DNA of 64,000 bases from Phoronis australis (Eukaryota; Animalia; Phoronida): assembly GCA_002633005.1 (NCBI GenBank), contig NMRA01000406.1:128862-192861 (forward strand), in the 5' to 3' direction. The position numbers and the translations under genes are program-made. Positions within the stretch are counted from its first letter, which is position 1. Each line of letters opens with the position of its first letter. Below the pieces are notes generated by a model that saw only the letters and a list, made by a program, of their open reading frames with translations, made no database searches and was not told the DNA's origin. This document shows, one piece after another, positions 60,842-64,000 of the stretch.

Positions 60842-61339
60842 CTGAAGGAAATGAACAACCAATATACAACAAGTACACAATGTATAGTTGGACAAGATAG
60901 CATCTTGCATTGTAAAGGTTATGTAAGATCCTGTAAAAATGCAACATTTGACTGACTTTGGAACATCTTATCTCAGAGATGGCTGGTGGAATTCATATGA
61001 AATATTAAGATTCTGTGCTTTATGAAATGTTCTCAAAAACATGTTAGGAATTGTTTTCAAAATGTTCCACTTTTGCATGAAGAAAATCTTTAAAGTTGCA
61101 AGAAACAAAAACTAAAAACTAAAATTAGAAAACTGTAACATCGTTTCTGATATCTTACCTTGAACATTCTTTCAAATAAAGTTTTATAATGCTCTTGATA
61201 CTGTTGTTTCGCTATCCATGAAAGCACCTTTCTTTTTTGGTAAATTTTAACAAAAAGACATAAAATCGAGTACAAGTGATTTGATGTCATTTGCGGTGCA
61301 TTAACACATGCGCAGGCCTCGTGGTTGGGCCCAATGTAC

Positions 61340-61985
61340 TAAACACCTGAACTAAAAACACGAGAGCCCCATTATTGATCAACAAGTTCTTCGTGAAAGA
61401 AGTTTTCAAGTCTGCCCGTCTCCTTTAAGAAAATGGACAGACTTTTCCATTTGTTGCTATGCACTATATGTTGTAGGCATATAACAGTGCCATCCAGTAG
61501 GTTGTTCATTAGCCTATAAAAAGCTGGGCAATACTCTACCAGGTGTTGGGGTTTCAACTTCAGTATCACACTCGGGACACACTGGTGTCCCCATATGCCC
61601 AGTGATGTGTCTGTGTCAAGTTAGGTTACTATGGCCCCACAAATTTGAATGGTGTGTTTTATGCCCAATCTATCAACATTCAGAAGGTTTGTGAACCTTT
61701 TGGTTTGACTGCATTGGGAAAATACTCCTTGGTCTCTGCAGGAGTTAAGTAATTCCCACTGGGCTGCTGACTTGGTATGTACCCAGTTGTGTATACTCAT
61801 CCTACAGCATCCGTAAGATACCGGGATAGCAGGTTCATGTGCACAATGCAGAATGCTGGCTCCTATTTTTGTGAGTCTGTCTGCATTCTCATTGCCGTCA
61901 ATTCCCACATGGGCCCTGACCCAATACTGACAGTTCTTTTAATTGAAAGCTTGTTAAGCTCATTAATGCAAGCATTAACACAACA
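61340..61985 (-). mobile_element. Decayed 3' end of a non-LTR retrotransposon ORF2 (RNase H C-terminus, CCHC remnant)
   Basis: (H)VGIDGNENADRLTKIGA matches the HxGIxGNExADxLAKxGA motif of RNase H in I-group/R1-like LINEs; downstream HLVEYCPA and FLKETGRL resemble the zinc-knuckle end and C-terminus; frameshifts and stops present. Confidence 0.72.
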
Positions 61986-62387
61986 AAAAGACAGGGTCAA
62001 ATGACACAATTAATACAGGTTGGTAAAGTGTCAAAAATCAAAATCAAATTCTGCGGGCTTTGTACTCTCACAAAATATATACTGTTACTGAGTTAAAATC
62101 TACAGCTTTCTAGATATTTTGCTAAAAGCACAGACATGTTGAAAAGCTGGTCCTACATAACATTACTGTTGGTTTGTACTTGTAAAAAGAAACTGTTGAA
62201 CGCAGACTAATATCCAAGACAATAATGACTGGCACAGTATTCAATTTTTTATAAATTGTGTCCATCCAATAGAGGTGACTCTTTCCTTAGGTTCACCTGC
62301 TGCCGCCCCCTCCCCCATATTGGTCAGTTGAAGGAGTGGTAATCCTCACACAGAGGTGCCATATAATTACAAGTTGTTCACTTCAGC

Positions 62388-62910
62388 AAATAACTTTCAT
62401 TCTGACACTAGTTTAACACATTCTCAAAAGTTACTTTTTCTTTCTCAACAACAGCCAATAACTTTCATTCTGACAATTTAACACATTCTTGGTAAGTTAC
62501 TTTTTCTTTCTCAACAACAGCCAATAACTTTCATTCTGACAATTTAACACATTCTCGGTAAGTTACTTTTTCTTTCTCAACAACAGCCAATAACTTTCAT
62601 TCTGACAATTTAACACATTCTTGGTAAGTTACTTTCTCTTTCTCAACAACAGCCAATAACTTTCATTCTGACACTAGTTTAACACATTCTCCGTAAGTTA
62701 CTTTTCTTTCTCAACAACAGCCAATAACTTACATTCTGACAATTGAACATATTCTCAAAAGTTACTTTTTCTTTCTCAACAACAGCCAATAACTTTCATT
62801 CTGACAATTGAACATATTCTCAAAAGTTACTTTTTCTTTCTCAACAACAGCCAATAACTTTCTCTAGTTTAAACACATTCTCAATAAGTTACCTTTTCCT
62901 TCTCAACAAC
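62388..62910. repeat. Minisatellite, about 66 bp unit (AATAACTTTCATTCTGACAATTTAACACATTCT..TAAGTTACTTTTTCTTTCTCAACAACAGCC), about 8 copies
   Basis: Unit starts at 62457, 62523 and 62589. Confidence 0.95.
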
Positions 62911-63073
62911 AATCAGTTTTTCCTTTGACAAAGCTTCATGTGCGAGGCATTCTCTAATTTTCTGACAAAATAAAAATACAAGAAATACATTTGTTTCTGA
63001 CAAAAATACAAATTACAAGATGATTGCAGCTTTTTCTGTAAGCACTATTACAATTTCTTATTAGGACTCTGAC

Positions 63074-63136
63074 CTCTCTGACAGCTACACGCTTATCCCA
63101 AAAAGAACGCAGTACAACAGCACCTAGATCATTCAT
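63074..63136 (-). CDS. Candidate first coding exon of the minus-strand gene (MNDLGAVVLRSFWDKRVAVRE)
   Basis: ATG at 63136, donor GAG|gtcaga in phase 0 matching exon 60752-60841; no homology support. Confidence 0.4.
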
Positions 63137-63590
63137 CACGCAACATTATTGCAATAGACAGTCTGCTTTTTCTTGAGTAACAGATAAAGTATACTTCCAT
63201 ATTTTGAGTTGTTTCACATTTTGTTTTGAACCACATTGCTTCAGCCCTACTGAGCCAATTTTGATCTCTTGATTCAGGGCTACGCAATCATAGACTATAG
63301 TGAATATCTATTATCTGTGCATATGCAAGTAGTTTTTTGTGTTAATTTCATTTCAGAGTGAATTACAGAATTATGTCATTACCCTGTCAAGTAAATGTCG
63401 AAAGCTGTGAATGCATGACATTGGTATTTACATCAATAAAAAGTTTATCCCTCACCTACAATTATATTACTTAATCAAAAAATCAAATTATTTATGATAC
63501 AATATACTTCGTCAATAGATTTGTAGAATGCTTTCTGTCCTCAAAGGCCTGTTTACCAGGAACTCCGATTTGTGATCTTATACACATGAT

Positions 63591-63763
63591 TCACGATGTC
63601 ACCATTTTAAAAGTGAGCCTCTTTTTAGGTTTAAAAAAGTGCATTTGAGACATAAGTATTAACAAGGCATGCAAAAAAATCATGTTTTGCACTGTGATTA
63701 AGAGCAGAATGCATTGTTTTTAAAACCTAAAAAGAGACTCACTTTTAAAATGGCTACGCGTGA
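63591..63763. mobile_element. MITE-like inverted repeat element of about 170 bp
   Basis: CCATTTTAAAAGTGAGCCTCTTTTTAGGTTTAAAAA is mirrored by TTTTTAAAACCTAAAAAGAGACTCACTTTTAAAATGG. Confidence 0.7.
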
Positions 63764-64000
63764 CTAAAGTCAATTGTATGGAGTGTAAAGTAATTACCAC
63801 ATTAGCTATGTCTTCATAGCAATAGAACACTGGCTAAAATAAATTGATATAACGTGGACTAAAACTGGGGGTTTTTAAACTGTTTTTGCTTCTGAAATTA
63901 AATTCCTCATCAAATGTTAAGTTAGGAATATTTTAATCCAAAGAAATACAACAAAAATTAGCTAAAATAGATGCCATATTTTTTAGTTCTCAGGTACCCA

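Overview
Eukaryotic (intron-rich, AT-rich, probably invertebrate animal) draft genome sequence with two convergent spliced genes. (1) A complete 6-exon THOC3/Tex1 gene (WD40 subunit of THO/TREX, 320 aa) on the + strand at 852-10234. (2) On the - strand, at least 31 phase-compatible exons (60841 down to 12156) that join into one uninterrupted reading frame of about 3,560 codons. It encodes roughly 3,000 aa of mostly acidic coiled coil (one exon is 3,453 bp), followed by a RIM-binding-protein-type SH3-FN3-SH3 C-terminus. The gene may start at about 63136 or beyond the window. Introns hold several minisatellites, MITE-like hairpin elements, a 1.85 kb element with about 100 bp terminal inverted repeats, a tRNA-derived SINE head and a non-LTR retrotransposon RNase H remnant. 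Three near-identical tandem duplications border N gaps and are most likely both haplotypes assembled side by side. I see no prokaryotic-type system (CRISPR, operon). The best novelty candidate is the giant coiled-coil/RIM-BP-like protein, with its possible GC-AG intron and internal short isoform. All exon calls were made by eye, without transcript evidence.
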